Source: Felis catus (lineage: Eukaryota). From it: a stretch of DNA of 64,000 nucleotides. Of this stretch, positions 38,655-51,554 are shown in pieces. The notes under the pieces are model-generated. The model was given only the letters and a program-made list of their open reading frames with translations. It was not told the DNA's origin and ran no database searches. How positions within the stretch are numbered: the first letter of the stretch is position 1; each line of letters opens with the position of its first letter. Both the position numbers and the translations under genes were made by a program. Where the stretch lies: assembly GCF_018350175.1 (NCBI RefSeq), contig NC_058373.1, forward strand, positions 118,422,001 to 118,486,000. The letters run 5' to 3'.

Positions 38655-39345
38655 GGGGCGCCTGGGTGGCGCAGTCGGTTAAGCGTCCGACTTCAGCCAG
38701 GTCACGATCTCGCGGTCTGTGAGTTCGAGCCCCGCGTCGGGCTCTGGGCTGATGGCTCAGAGCCTGGAGCCTGTTTCCGATTCTGTGTCTCCCTCTCTCT
38801 CTGCCCCTTGCCCGTTCATGCTCTGTCTCTCTCTGTCCCAAAAATAAATAAACGTTGAAAAAAAAATTTTTTTTAAAAAAAAGAAGGTTTTATTGTTGTG
38901 GCACCTGGGTGGCTCAGTCGGTTAGGCGTCCATCTTCAGTCTTCGGCCTAGGTCATGGTCTTGACGCTCCCGAGTTAGAGCCCCGCGCAGGGCTCTGTGC
39001 TGACAGCTCAGGGCCCGGAGCCTGTTTTGAATTCTGTGTCTCCGTCTCTCTCTCTGCCCTGCCCCTGCTCACATTCTGACTCTCACACTCTCTCTCAGAA
39101 ATAAATAAACATTAAAAAAAAATTTTAAATGCTTAAAACAGGGGCACCTGGATGGCTCAGTCGGCTAAGCATCTGACTCTTAGTTTTAGCTCAGGTCATG
39201 ATTTTGTGGTTTGCGATCAATCAAGCCCTGTGCTGGGCTCTGCGCTGACAGTGCAGCCTGGGATTCTCTTTCCCTCTCGACCCCTCCCCACTTGCACACA
39301 CATACACACACACTCTCTCCCTCTCTCTCAAAATAAATTTAAAAA
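38655..39345 (+). mobile_element. Three tandem Can-SINEs (young copy at 38655; older at about 38900 and 39141)
   Basis: TSD cores ttttattgttgt and aaatgcttaaaaca. Confidence 0.93.
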
Positions 39346-39574
39346 TGCTTAAAACAAAAAATAAGGTAAGTTAATGACAAAAGGTTTTATATATTTTTGT
39401 GTATATATGCATATATTGTTGTTATTGTTATTTAATATACAATATTTTACACTAACCATTATTCCCAATCTATGTCTACTGGAAAACATCTCATCTTGTT
39501 TTTAAATGAAAAATGAAACAGAACAGCTTTCCCATTTATTACACTTTGAACTAAAATATATTGTTTCAAAGAAT

Positions 39575-39950
39575 AAAATCATTTACAACAATGTGGATGG
39601 AACTAAAGGGTATTATGCTAAGTGAAATAACTCAGAGAAAGATATCATGATTTCACTTACACATGGAATGAGAAACTCAACAGATCAACATAGGGGAAGA
39701 TAAGGAAAAATAAGATAAAAACAGTGAGGGAGGCAAACCATAAGAGACTCTTAAATACAGAGAACAAACTGAGGGTTGCTGGAGGGGTGGGAGGGGGAAC
39801 AGGTTAAATGGGTGATGGGCATCAAGGACGGCACTTTTCAGGATGAGCACTGGGTGTCATATGTAAGAGATCAATCACTGGGTTCTACTCCTGAAGCCAA
39901 GACTACACTGTATGTTAACTAACTTGAATTTGAATTGAAAATAATAAAGT
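39575..39950 (+). mobile_element. Carnivore L1 3'UTR fragment
   Basis: tgtggatggaacta...gagaacaaactgagggttgctggagggg. Confidence 0.85.
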
Positions 39951-40699
39951 AATATAAACTATATTATTTCATAAACTCAGTCAATTCTGATTATTCACAG
40001 TAAAGAGCAAACTTCTGAGATTACCTCTATTGTCACAATTGCTGGCTCAGTCATTTTCCACTGTAGGATATCTACCTGTGAGTACCTAGGAAATAGGACT
40101 GAACCAATGCTGCCAAATTAGGCTCATATCTAGACAGCAAAAAAATTTTCTGGGTCTAAGAGATAATGAGTATATGTATATATATAATAGTACATATTAA
40201 TTATAGCTTATTTCCCACCTATAGTGAACAACATCTCCATGTAATACTTAGAGGATAATCTAAAAATATTACCCCATTACATCCAGAAATTAAGTACTAG
40301 CTATATTCAAACCTGCGACAGGTAATTTATATAAATGGTGAGTAAGTGTGATTAATACAACCAAATACTCTACAACTTGGTAAGTTTTCTTGTTCCATTG
40401 GAAAAAAATGTTTAATTACCAGAAATTTAGCAAGTAAAATTGTATAATCCAAAAAGAGCTTACACAGTTTTCCTCAAAAGCAGCAGAAAAAACAAACTTG
40501 ATGCATACAATAACACTGGCACTAGTTTCTTAAATCTACCATATTGGAAACCAGTTTCCCAAATAATTCTCCAATTATTAAAATAAGGGGGGGAAAAAAC
40601 AAGTAGCCTTTGAACTAAAATAAAAGAAATATAAACTACATTGTTTCATAAACTCAGTCAATTCTGACTCAAAAACAAAAAACCGAAGATGCAGATCTT

Positions 40700-40874
40700 A
40701 TTTTTTAATGTTTATTTATTTTGGGGTGGGGGGGGGAGGCAGAGAATCCCAGTCAGGTTCCATGCTGTCAGCACAGAGACCAATAAGGAGCTCGAACTCA
40801 GAAACTGTGAGATCATGACTTGAGCAGAAATCAAGAGTCAGACACTCAACCAACAGAGCCACCCAGATGCCCCC
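40700..40874 (-). mobile_element. Can-SINE
   Basis: Reverse head ends acccagatgcccc. Confidence 0.9.
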
Positions 40875-41126
40875 GAATTTTATTTTGCATCTTGTTTATA
40901 AATTTTTATCTCTATTTTTCATTATGCTGCTTTGTTGATACAAACAAAAATTCAAAATCTATTTCACCTCTTCCTGTTTAGGCATCTTATTTTCAGCATC
41001 ATACTCTACTCAGGAAACGCACGCAAAATTCTTACTGGACTCAGACACCATAATTTCCTGCCAATATTCCTCTTTTCATATATTATACATGTTGTTTATA
41101 TTCTTCATCTTAAAAGTAATACAAAC

Positions 41127-41692
41127 TGTGGCCCATTATATTCTTCCAAGACAGCTACAATGGGAGATTCCATCCCATTGTATCTCTTCTTATAATGAGA
41201 TGTTGATATTTCTCCCTTCAAGTGGTGTGGTCTATGTCTACCCCCTCCTCTGAACACAGGTGGGCCTTACTGACTACTTCAACCAACAGAAAAAAGCAGA
41301 TTTAAGACTATGTGACTTCCAAAACTAAGTCAAATATGCCATGCACTTCACCTTGTTCTCCTGGGATGCTCTCTCTTGGAACCTAGCCACCATGCTGTGA
41401 GGAAGCCAAGCAGCCAAAATGAAAGGTCATGTGTAGGTGTTCTGGCCAAGAGCCCAGGCTGAGGTCCCTGCCAATAGCCAGCGTTAACCACCAGACACAC
41501 GAGTGTGCAAGCCTTCAAACGATTCCACTGCCCAGCCAATCAAGCCACCCCACCCTTCCAGCTACTCCACCTCAGGCTACATATTAACCGAGACAAACTG
41601 TCCCCCCCAAGTAAGTCTTGACCAAATTACAGAAACATAATCAAAATAAATGACTGTGGTATGTTTTGAACCACTAAGTAAACAATAGATAA
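41127..41692 (+). mobile_element. MLT1 (MaLR) solo LTR
   Basis: tgtgg start; agccaccatgctgtgaggaagcc, aataaatgactgt and caatagataaca end. Confidence 0.85.
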
Positions 41693-41962
41693 CATAAGCT
41701 CATAAATAAAATTTGAAAAATGCACAAAAAGAGGAAGAAGAAAACCTTTAATTACACTAAGTTTCACCACTGTTAACATTTTGACACATATTTTACCATC
41801 AAGAAAATATTTTGCCCCACTCACCTAAGATTTCAAATGCTTTATTTTTACTGGAATAAAGGGCCAAGTTTTAAAGGTAGTCAACTGTTTGTATCTAACT
41901 AGAAATAGGAAGGGAAAACATTACAGTCATTCTACTTTTCTTCTCTTTACTCTTTCACATAC

Positions 41963-42094
41963 CTGTCCTTAGTGAGGTATCTGAGGATGGCTGGTACACC
42001 AATATTCCAATCTATGGATGTGAATCAAGACCTTGGGTTGCAACAGCAGCTGTACTGGACCTCCTCCCTGGTAGAAGTTGCTGAAGCCCCAAAT
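41963..42094 (-). other. STRBP: Internal non-coding (5'UTR-type) exon of a minus-strand host gene; tentatively STRBP
   Basis: Minus strand reads ttttctttccttaaaaatttcag|ATTTGGGGC...CTAAGGACAG|gtatgt. 132 nt, unique, more GC-rich than its flanks, stops in all 3 frames. The exon call rests on the sequence; the gene name is unverified recall of the STRBP 5'UTR and is less certain than the exon. Confidence 0.55.
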
Positions 42095-42302
42095 CTGAAA
42101 TTTTTAAGGAAAGAAAATACTAAATATAAACATTTCCTTTCAATCACTTATAATTCCATCTCCACAACTAAATGGGTGCTGGCAGAGTAGGTTAAGATTA
42201 CATGTAAGTGAACACACAGGTTTCACTAAAAGTGGAGTAATGCGGATTCAAGATCCAGTTCTACTTCTTACTAGATATATGATCTTACTGAAAGAACGAA
42301 TT

Positions 42303-42515
42303 AGGGCACCTGGGTGGCTCGGTTGAATGTCCGACTTTGGCGCAGGTCATGATCTCCCGGTTGGTGAGTTTGAGCCCCACATTGGGCTCTGTGCTGACAG
42401 CTGGGAGCCTGGAGCCTGCTTCGGATTCTGTGTCTCCCTCCCTCCCTCTCTCTCTCTCTGCCCCTCCCTTGCTCACACACTCTCTCTCTCAAAAACAAAC
42501 TTAAAAAAAAAAAAG
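42303..42515 (+). mobile_element. Can-SINE inside a MIR
   Basis: Head/tail; TSD core gaatt. Confidence 0.9.
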
Positions 42516-43260
42516 AATTCTCTGTGCCTAAGTCCCACCATGTAATGAAGACTGTGGTGACTGGATCAAAATCTTGGGCTAGGAGTTAGAAGATCTGGGT
42601 TCTAAACTCAGTTATCATTCTGCCTTGCTGTAAGAATTTTGATACTTCTCTGGGTTCAGATATACCATCTCTAAAAGGAGAGGGTTGTTTTAGATAATGG
42701 TTCCTGAAATCTAATCCTTAAACAGATGCCAGCCATGACTAAAAAATGGGTGTAAAGTTACCAACTGTGCTTACTTTGAGATTGTCTTTCCTATTTTTTG
42801 TTATTAAAATGGTTTCTTTTACGAGATGATGTGACAGACAGTAGTATAGTTTTTTAAATATCTTGAAGAGTCAAAATCAAAAGCCTATATAGCCCTATGT
42901 AAACAATATAGAATTCTTTTTAGAAATTCTTATATGTATGCAACTTACATGAGCTCTAAAACCCCCTCTACTTCTAACATTCCACATATTTACCATTCAA
43001 CTAGCATTTTTTAGGTACCTAAAATGTGACACTCTACCAGTTGCTGGGGAAGCCCCAAAATAAATAAGATTAGTCCCTGCTCCTAAAAATCTCCCAATCT
43101 AATAGGGAAATAGACACATAAACCTCAAATACAACTTAACAGGCTAAGTTTTGTAATAGAGGCTTTACACCTTGCAACATACAAGAGGTAAAACAGCGGA
43201 ATGAATGAATTTTTAAATTAAGTAGGATTTTTTAAATTATTACTTAAGATTTTATTTGCA

Positions 43261-43720
43261 GGGGGTGGGGGCACCTGGCTGGCACAGTCAGAAGAGCATT
43301 CAACTCTTGATCTCAAGGTTGTGAGTTCAAGCCCCACATTGGGTGCAGAGATTACTTAAATAAATAAAACTTTAAAAAATGAGATTTTTTTTTTTTTTAA
43401 TTTTTTTTCAACGTTTTTATTTATTTTTGGGACAGAGAGAGACAGAGCATGAACGGGGGAGGGGCAGAGAGAGAGGGAGACACAGAATCGGAAACAGGCT
43501 CCAGGCTCCGAGCCATCAGCCCAGAGCCTGACTCGGGGCTCGAACTCACAGACCATGAGATCGTGACCTGGCTGAAGTCGGACGCTTAACCGACTGCGCC
43601 ACCCAGGCGCCCCGAGATTTTATTTTTTTAAGTAATCTCTACACCCAATGTGGGGCTTGAATTCACAACCCTAAGATCAAGAGTCACACTCTCCACCAAC
43701 TGAGCCAGCCAGGTGCCCCA
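43261..43720. mobile_element. Short SINE (+), young SINEC_Fc (43385-43613, minus), short SINE (minus)
   Basis: Three heads; young copy TSD gagatttt. Confidence 0.9.
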
Positions 43721-44272
43721 AATTAAGTGGGATTTTAGAGCTTTATAATTGTATGAAGAATTACTCAACTTCTTTAAATCTCAATTTCCTTACTTGCAAA
43801 ACAGGAATGATTACAGATAACACAGAGTTGTGGTAAATAGATAAAATGTAAAAACAAAGGACAATCCACCCAAAAATTTGGTTTATATACTTTCCAGAAG
43901 ACAAATTAAAAATGTATCATATATTAATGACCTGGCACAAAAGAGATTATTTACAACACTGATTTACACTCAGAGGTACCTTTGTACACTAACTTCTAAA
44001 CATCTGAAGGCTTAACAACCAAGTTTGCTCCATTTATATTCCTAGCACCTAGTACAATTCCTTAATAATGGCAAGTATTAATAAATAGTTTATTAGAAAA
44101 AAGGACTGAATGAACGAATGGCTTTTTTAAAAAAACAGGAACTAAAGTTATAATAGCTGAAAGTAAAAATTCTTAAGTTTTCATTCAAAACTAATTTTAA
44201 GTGTGTATTTTAAGTACCCAGACCTGTCATATTAGAACCTGGATACGCAGGCCTGTTTTAAAAAGCAAAACA

Positions 44273-44565
44273 GGGGTGCCTAGATGGCTCAGTCGGTTGA
44301 GCATCCAACGCTTGATTTTGGCTCAGGTCATGAATCTTAGGGTTATGGGATCAAGTCCTGTGTCAGGCTCTGCACTAACAGGTTGGGGTCTACTTAGGAT
44401 TCTCTCTCCCCTTCTCTCTCTCTGCCCCTGCCCCACTTGCATGCACACACGCACAGGTGCACACTCTCTCTCTCTCAAAAATAAATAAACTGGATGCAAG
44501 GAAGGAAGGAAGGAAGGAAGGAAGGAAGGAAGGAAGGTAGGAAGGAAGGAAGGAAGGAAGGAAAG
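44273..44565 (+). mobile_element. Can-SINE followed by (GGAA)n microsatellite (about 44498-44565)
   Basis: Directly visible. Confidence 0.92.
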
Positions 44566-45408
44566 GAAAAGAACTCCCAGGTTGGTTTATGTTCCAAGTA
44601 GCTGTCCCTAGAGGAACGGATCAGAGAAAGAAACTTAAGCACAGCATTTAAGCTTTATTCAGACCTGGAAGACAAAAATCTGACATACTTCCCACAAAGA
44701 ACATGCCTATGGAAAAAAACTACAGTATCTATTTTAAAAAACAACAACAAAACACTTATTTTTACTTTTTTTTTTTACTAGAATTGCTATGCCAATTACA
44801 GTGATCATAAAGAGGAAACCTTCCCAATTACAAATTAAGACCTCCTACTCAAAACTTAACTCATAAATTCTGTTTATCCAACTAAATATTTACTTTCATC
44901 ATACCCGAAGATCCTCCTTCACTTCCCAGTATCTGTTCAAAGGTGTTAGACCCAATCACCATCCAATCTCAATTCTGAATGACTTTCAAAAAATGGGTGA
45001 TTACCTCCTTAATATCATATCCCTTCTTAATATGTAACCACTAACAGCTCTCATAACTACATTTTGCCAAGGCCAAGTGTGATGTGCTACTCACAACTCC
45101 AAGCCTGTGCTGCATGGCTCCAAACCATTCTTCTCCAAGTAGTAGCATGCTATTCTCTTCTCTTAATTACATACGAATTCCTTGTACTCAAAATGTGGTT
45201 CGCCAACTGGTACCATCTCAGGCCCTACCTTATACCTACTAAACAGGTTCTGCATTTTAACATGAACCTCAGGTGATTCATACAAAGAAAATTTTGAGAG
45301 GCACTGTACTAATTCAGGGTCCCTTCCTCCTGCCTTACAGTTTTTGAATTGCGATTTGCCATATAAGGAAAGAGATCCTTTTTCTTTTGAGCATATTAAG
45401 ACCCACCA

Positions 45409-45572
45409 GGGGTGCCTGGGTGGCTCAGTTGGTTGAGTGTCTGACTTCGGCTCAGGTCATGATCTCACGGTTTGTGGGTTCAAGCCCCGCGTCGGGGTCT
45501 GTGCTGACAGCTCAGAGCCTGAAGCCTGCTTCCGATTCTGTGTCTCCCTCTCTGTCCCTCCCCAGCTTGCAT

Positions 45573-45609
<37 letters not shown>

Positions 45610-45638
45610 AGTAAATAAAACATTAAAAAAAAAAAAAA
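45409..45638 (+). mobile_element. Can-SINE
   Basis: TSD aagacccacca. Confidence 0.95.
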
Positions 45639-46009
45639 AGACCCACCAAAATGAAGTGAGGAATCTTTAAATAAGATTACACAGTTTCTTCACAACCTTC
45701 TTTTCATAAAAGACTGTAAGTTTTATGAAGCCAGAGACTTCACTGTATCCTCAAGACTAAAACAGTACCAGGTAAATATTTGTAGAAGAAACAAAATAGA
45801 CAACAGATGATCCCTAAGGTCCTCTGACTTTTAAATCTTTGGCTCTTCCATTTGCCATGTAAACAAAATTCTATCTAAGGAAAGGGAAGCTAAAAGATCA
45901 TCTAAATTTACAAAATAAAAAATACGCCACCTTAAATGACTTGGTCACAAGGTCACAAAGCAGGTTCACTATTAAGTTCATAAAGCTCAAAAACATTTTT
46001 ATAATATCA

Positions 46010-46378
46010 TATTTTTTTTTTTAAGTTTTAACTTATTCATTTTAAGTAATCTCTACACCCATCATGGGGCTTAACCTCACGACTCCAAGATCGAGAGTCA
46101 CATGCTCCGGGATGCCTAGGTGGGTCAGTAGGTTAAGCATCCAACTTCGGCTCAGGTCATCATCTCGCAGATCTCGATGTGGGGTTTAGGCCCCACATCG
46201 GGCTCTCTGCTGACAGCTCAGAGCCTGGAACCTGCTTTGGAATCTGTGTCTCCCTCTCTCTCTGCCCCTCCCCCACTCATGCTCTCTCTCAGGAGCACAC
46301 ACTCTCTCTCAAAATAAAATAAAACACTTAAAAAAAAAAAAGTCACATGCTCTTCCAACTGAGCCAGCCAGGCACCCC
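46010..46378. mobile_element. Short SINE (minus) with nested Can-SINE (46109-46340, plus)
   Basis: TSD agtcacatgctc. Confidence 0.9.
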
Positions 46379-46916
46379 GGTATCATTGCATTATAAATAT
46401 TAATATATTTTATAATTGTATTTTAGGTCAAATGACAATACTTCCTCTACATGTACACTATCATCCAAGTAGCTAGCAAAACTCAAATATCCAGAAAAGT
46501 TGTACACTCAAGGGTTTAAGGAAACCTAAAATGTACACATTGTTGCAAAGTATCTGTACATAAAAACTGAAGATTTCATAGTATGATTAGTTTCTTCAAA
46601 GCCAGAAGTAAAGTGCTTCCAATCTTTACTGCACTTTAAGTTGAAATAGAGGAAAGAAACAAAAGGGATAGAAAAAAATAAAAATACAGAAAAGAAAAAA
46701 AAAAATAGGGACCAGATATGGCAACCGGATAGAGAAGTGATCAGAGGTAAATAGCAATCAAAAGTCTCAAGGAACGTGATTTAGGGACTTAGAAAAGGAA
46801 AAATGACTATAAAAGCAAAAAGCAGAGTATCAATTGAACCAACATCCATTTCAGGAACTTCTAACACATAGTGCAAGAAATTTTGGGAGCAAGTAAATTC
46901 TAGAATATCTCTGGGG

Positions 46917-47954
46917 TTGGGGTGCCTGGCTGGCTCAGTTGGTAGAGCACCTGACTCTTGATCTGAGGATCATAAGTTGAAGCTTCACATTAGGCATGGA
47001 GCCTACTTAAAAAAAAAAAGAGAGAGAGAATGTTTTTTAATTTTTATTTTAGAGAGAAAGAGCGCAAATGGGGGAGACGGGCAGAGGGAGAGAGAATTCT
47101 AAGCAGGCTCCACGCTCAGCACACAGCCCATCACGGGGCTCAATCCCAGACCCTGGGATCATGACCCCAGCCAAAAATCAAGAGTGAGAGGCTCTGGGGC
47201 GCCTGGGTGGCGCAGTCGGTTAAGCGTCCGACTCCGGCCAGGTCACGATCTCGCGGTCCGGGAGTTCGAGCCCCGCGTCGGGCTCTGGGCTGATGGCTCA
47301 GAGCCTGGAGCCTGTTTCCGATTCTGTGTCTCCCTCTCTCTCTGCCCCTCCCCTGTTCATGCTCTGTCTCTCTCTGTCCCAAAAATAAATAAACGTTGAA
47401 AAAAAAAATTAAAAAAAAAAAAAAAAAAGAGTGAGAGGCTCAACTGACTAAGCCACCCAGGTGCCCAGGGAGAGTCTGTTTTTAGAATATCTCTGGGATC
47501 CAGGCACCTGGTGGCTCAGTCGGTTAAGTGTCTAACTCTCAATATCAGCTCAGGTCACAATTTCACCCTTGTGGGATAAAGCCCTGTGTGGGACTCCACC
47601 CTGGGTGTGGAGCTCCTTGGGATTCTCTCCCTTTCTCTTTGCTTCTCCCCTGCTCATGCTTTCCCTCTCTCTTGCTGTCTCTCAAAATAAATAAATAAAC
47701 TTTTTTAATGTTTTTTTTTTTTTTTTGAAAGGGAGAGAGAGGCAGAGAGAGACAGAGCACGAGCAGGGGAGGAGCAGAGAGAGGGAGACACAGAGGCTGA
47801 AGTAGGATCCAGGTTCTGAGCTGTCAGCACAAAGCCCAACATGGGGCCCAAATTCATGAACTGCGAGATCATGACCTGAGCAGAAGTCAGTTGCCCAACC
47901 GACTGAGCCACCAAGTCAACCCAAAACAAATAAATAAACTTTTAAGAAAATGTT
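46917..47954. mobile_element. Cluster of five Can-SINEs incl. young SINEC_Fc at 47196-47427
   Basis: Young copy TSD aagagtgagaggctc; tagaatatctctggg occurs three times. Confidence 0.9.
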
Positions 47955-48423
47955 TAGAATATCTCTGGGGTTGGTGGATCATTTCTCCCATCTACCATAG
48001 CCTACATAACTAAATTAATAAGGAACATGGAAATACATCCCTAACTTCTTCAGAGATCACTAAAAAGCAAATTAGGTTCAATATGTACTTTGTTTTCTAT
48101 GGCAAGCACAGGTCTAGAAAGTTTTCATTAATCTCTATGAAGATTTTCATTAAAAACAAAAAAAAAATTAAGTTTCGATTCCTCACCTACCTTCTACACC
48201 TCATTTTCCCTATTTATGATATTAGATTTAGTCCAAAACATAGATATAATCAGTTCATGCAGAGATTTTTATTTCTAAAAGACATTTTCTAGAAATCTAT
48301 TATATGCAAAACAAACAGAAAACAACAAAAAAAACCCCATAAATGTTAAATTAGGGTGAGGAAAGACCACCAGAACAAGGTACCAAAGTAGAAATCATAG
48401 ACTGACTATAAAAATGTAAAACA

Positions 48424-48780
48424 GGGCTGCCTGGGTGGCTCAGTCAGTTGAGAGTCCGACTTTGGCTCAGGTCATTATCTCACCGTTCGTGGGTTTGAGC
48501 CTCACATCAGGCTCTGTGATGACAGCTCAGAGCCTGGAGCCTGATTTGGATTCTGTGTCTCCCTTTCTGTCTCTCCCTGACTCACGCTCTGTCTTCCTCT
48601 GTCTCTCAAAAATAAATAAACGTTAAAAAAAAAATTTTTTTTTTAATGTAAAACATCTATGAGTGCCTGGCTGGCTCAGTTGGAAGAGCATGCAACTCTT
48701 GATCTAGGGGTCCTGAGTTTGAGCCCCACATTGGGTGTAGAGATTACAATCAATCAATCAATAAATAACTTTATTTTAGA
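48424..48780 (+). mobile_element. Can-SINE plus short SINE
   Basis: atgtaaaaca flanks occur three times. Confidence 0.9.
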
Positions 48781-49313
48781 TGTAAAACATCTACACTGCA
48801 AAAGTCATCATGAAGGAAAGTTAAGACATGAATGACAAATTAGTAAAGTATCTACAATATAAAACAGAGATTTAATGCCCTTAATGTATAAACAGCTCCT
48901 ATAAATTAATAAAACAACATGGGTAGAAACACATGAAAATATAACTTACGAAAGAAGAAATAAAATCATAAGCACAAGATGTAAATTTCATTAGTAAGAG
49001 ACACAAATTATCATTTCAGATTGACAAATACTAAAAATATCAGTAAGATCCATACTGTTCTATAAGGTATGTGTTATAATCATATAACACATCAGTAAGA
49101 TGTGAATCAGTAAGATCCATAAGTGTTCTATAAGGCATATAAAATCTGGCACTCCTATTCACTACTATTGAGATTCTATCTATCAACAGTTTATCATTGT
49201 AAGAGCTTTCAAGAAAATAAAGACATTTCAAAATATGCCCATCCTTTGACCCAACAAGTCCCACTTGTAAAAAATGTATTCTAGGGATGTAAAATGTAAA
49301 AAATCCCATTCTA

Positions 49314-49505
49314 GGGATGCCTGGGTGGCTTAGTCAGTTGAGAGTCTGACTTCAGCTCAGGTCATGATCTCACAGTTCATGGGTTCGAGTCCCACATTGG
49401 GCTCTGTGCTGACAACTCAGAGCCTTGAGCCGGCTTCAGATTCTGTCTCCCTCTCTCCCTGCCCCTCCCCCCTCTCAAAAATAAACAAACATTAAAAAAA
49501 TTTAT
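49314..49505 (+). mobile_element. Can-SINE
   Basis: Head and tail. Confidence 0.92.
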
Positions 49506-49726
49506 TCTAAGTAAATGGATGTGTTTAAATATATATGTACAGAAGAGCCACTGCATACGCCCAGCACGTAGCCAGTGTTCAATTAGTATCTGATGAATAA
49601 ATAGTACTGTTGAATGATCATAGCATTGTTCATAATAGCAAAACTATTACCATTACAGAAGTATCTAATAAACCATGATATATCCATACACTGAAATCCT
49701 ATACAGCCATTAAAAATGATAATGCA

Positions 49727-49899
49727 GGGGTGGGTGCCTGGGTGGCTCAGTCGATTAAGCATCTGACTCTTGATTTCAGCTCAGGTCATATCTTGTAGTC
49801 AGTGAGTTTGAACTCCGGGTCGGGCTCTGCGCTGATAATGCGGACCTCTCGCTCTCTTTCCTTCTCTGCCCCTCCCTGACTTGTGTGCACACATGCACA

Positions 49900-49937
<38 letters not shown>

Positions 49938-49958
49938 ATAAACTTAAAAAAATTTTTA
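49727..49958 (+). mobile_element. Can-SINE
   Basis: Head, (CT)n, tail; TSD core aatgcag. Confidence 0.92.
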
Positions 49959-50009
49959 ATGAAAATGCAGATCTATAATTATTAATTAGGGAAAAAAAAA
50001 CAGTAAACC

Positions 50010-50640
50010 ATATGGTGGTTCCTCAGAAAAAGTAAACACATAATTACCACATGATCCAGCAATTCCATTTCCAGGTATATAACCAATAGAATTGAAAGAA
50101 GGGACTCAGATATTTTTTATAGCAAAGCTCATAGCAGCATTGTTTATAATAGCCAAAAGATGGAAACAACCTAAATGCCCACTGAAAGATTAAATGATAA
50201 GCAAAATGTGGCATATACATACAATGGAATATTATCCAGCCTTAAAAAACAATGTTCTGACACATGCTACACCATGGATGAACCTTGAAAACATATGCTA
50301 AGTGAAATAAAACCAGATACAAAAGGACAAATATTGTATGATTGCATGTTTTTGAGATATACAAAACAGTGAAATTCAGACAGGAAGGTAGAATTGGTTG
50401 TTGCCATGGGCTGGGGGAAGGGGAGAACAAGCTGTTACTGTTTAATGTGTACAGAGTTTCAGTTTAGAAAGATAAAGTTCTAGAGATGGATAGTGGTGAT
50501 GGCTGCACAATAATGTGAATGTACTGAATGCCACTGAACTGTACATTCTGAAATAGTTAAAATGAAAAAAATTATAACGTGGTTAAAATAGTAAATTTTA
50601 TGTTATGTATATTTTATTACAATAAAAAAATTATAATGAA
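50010..50640 (+). mobile_element. L1MB 3' end
   Basis: gttctagagatggatagtggtgatggctgcacaa...aatgccactgaactgtac. Confidence 0.85.
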
Positions 50641-50799
50641 AACAATAACACATCTTCTAGACTGGAATAAACACTGTTTATTATTTTTGAGTTGTATTCA
50701 TAAAAAGTGAGATTAAAAAAATGCATTACTTTGGTTATTTCTGTTCTATTATTATTATTCAGTATCCCCTACACAAGTCATCAAGGATAGTACCAAATG

Positions 50800-51127
50800 C
50801 ACACCTGTCAGAATGACTAAAATCAACAACACAAGAAACAACAGGTGTTGGCAAGGATGTGGAGAAAAAGGAACACATGTGCACTGTTAGTGGGACTGCA
50901 AACCGCTACGGCCACTGTGGAACACAATATGGAGGTTCTCCAAAAAGTTAAAAGTAGAACTACCCTACCATCCAGTAATCTCACTACTAGGTATTTACCC
51001 TAAGACTACAAGAACATTAATTCAAAGGGATACATGCACCCTATGTTTATAGCAGGATTATTCACAATAGCCAAGATGTGGAAGCAGCCCAAGTGTCCAT
51101 TGATTGATGACTGGATAAAGAAGATGT

Positions 51128-51173
<46 letters not shown>

Positions 51174-51554
51174 GGAATACTATTCAGCCATAAAAAGAAT
51201 GAAATCTTGCCATTTGCAACAACATGGATGGAGCTGGAGAGTATAAGGCTAAGCAAAATAAGTCAGAGAAAGACAAATACCATATTGCATTATATGGACT
51301 CTAAGAAACAAAACAAACAAGGGAAAAAGAGAGAAATCAAGAAACAGATTCTTAATTATAGAGAACATACTGATGGTTATCAGAAAGGAGGGGGGTGGAA
51401 GATGGGTTACATAGGTGACAGAGATTAGAGAGTGCACTTGTCATGATGAGCACAGGATGAGGTATGGAACTGTTGAATCATTATACTGTACACCTGAAAC
51501 TAATATAACACTGTACATTAACTGGAATTAAATTAAAAACCTAAACATAAAAAA
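50800..51554 (+). mobile_element. 5'-truncated carnivore L1 with TSD; internal (GT)n at about 51129-51170
   Basis: TSD atagtaccaaatg at 50787-50799 and 51555-51567. Confidence 0.93.

Noticed and set aside
26324..40088. 16-nt inverted match taggtactcacaggta (26324-26339 vs 40073-40088)
   Set aside because: About one such match is expected by chance in 64 kb
40025..40129. Possible minus-strand exon (gtctag acceptor, GAG|gtaatc donor)
   Set aside because: Weak donor and no other support
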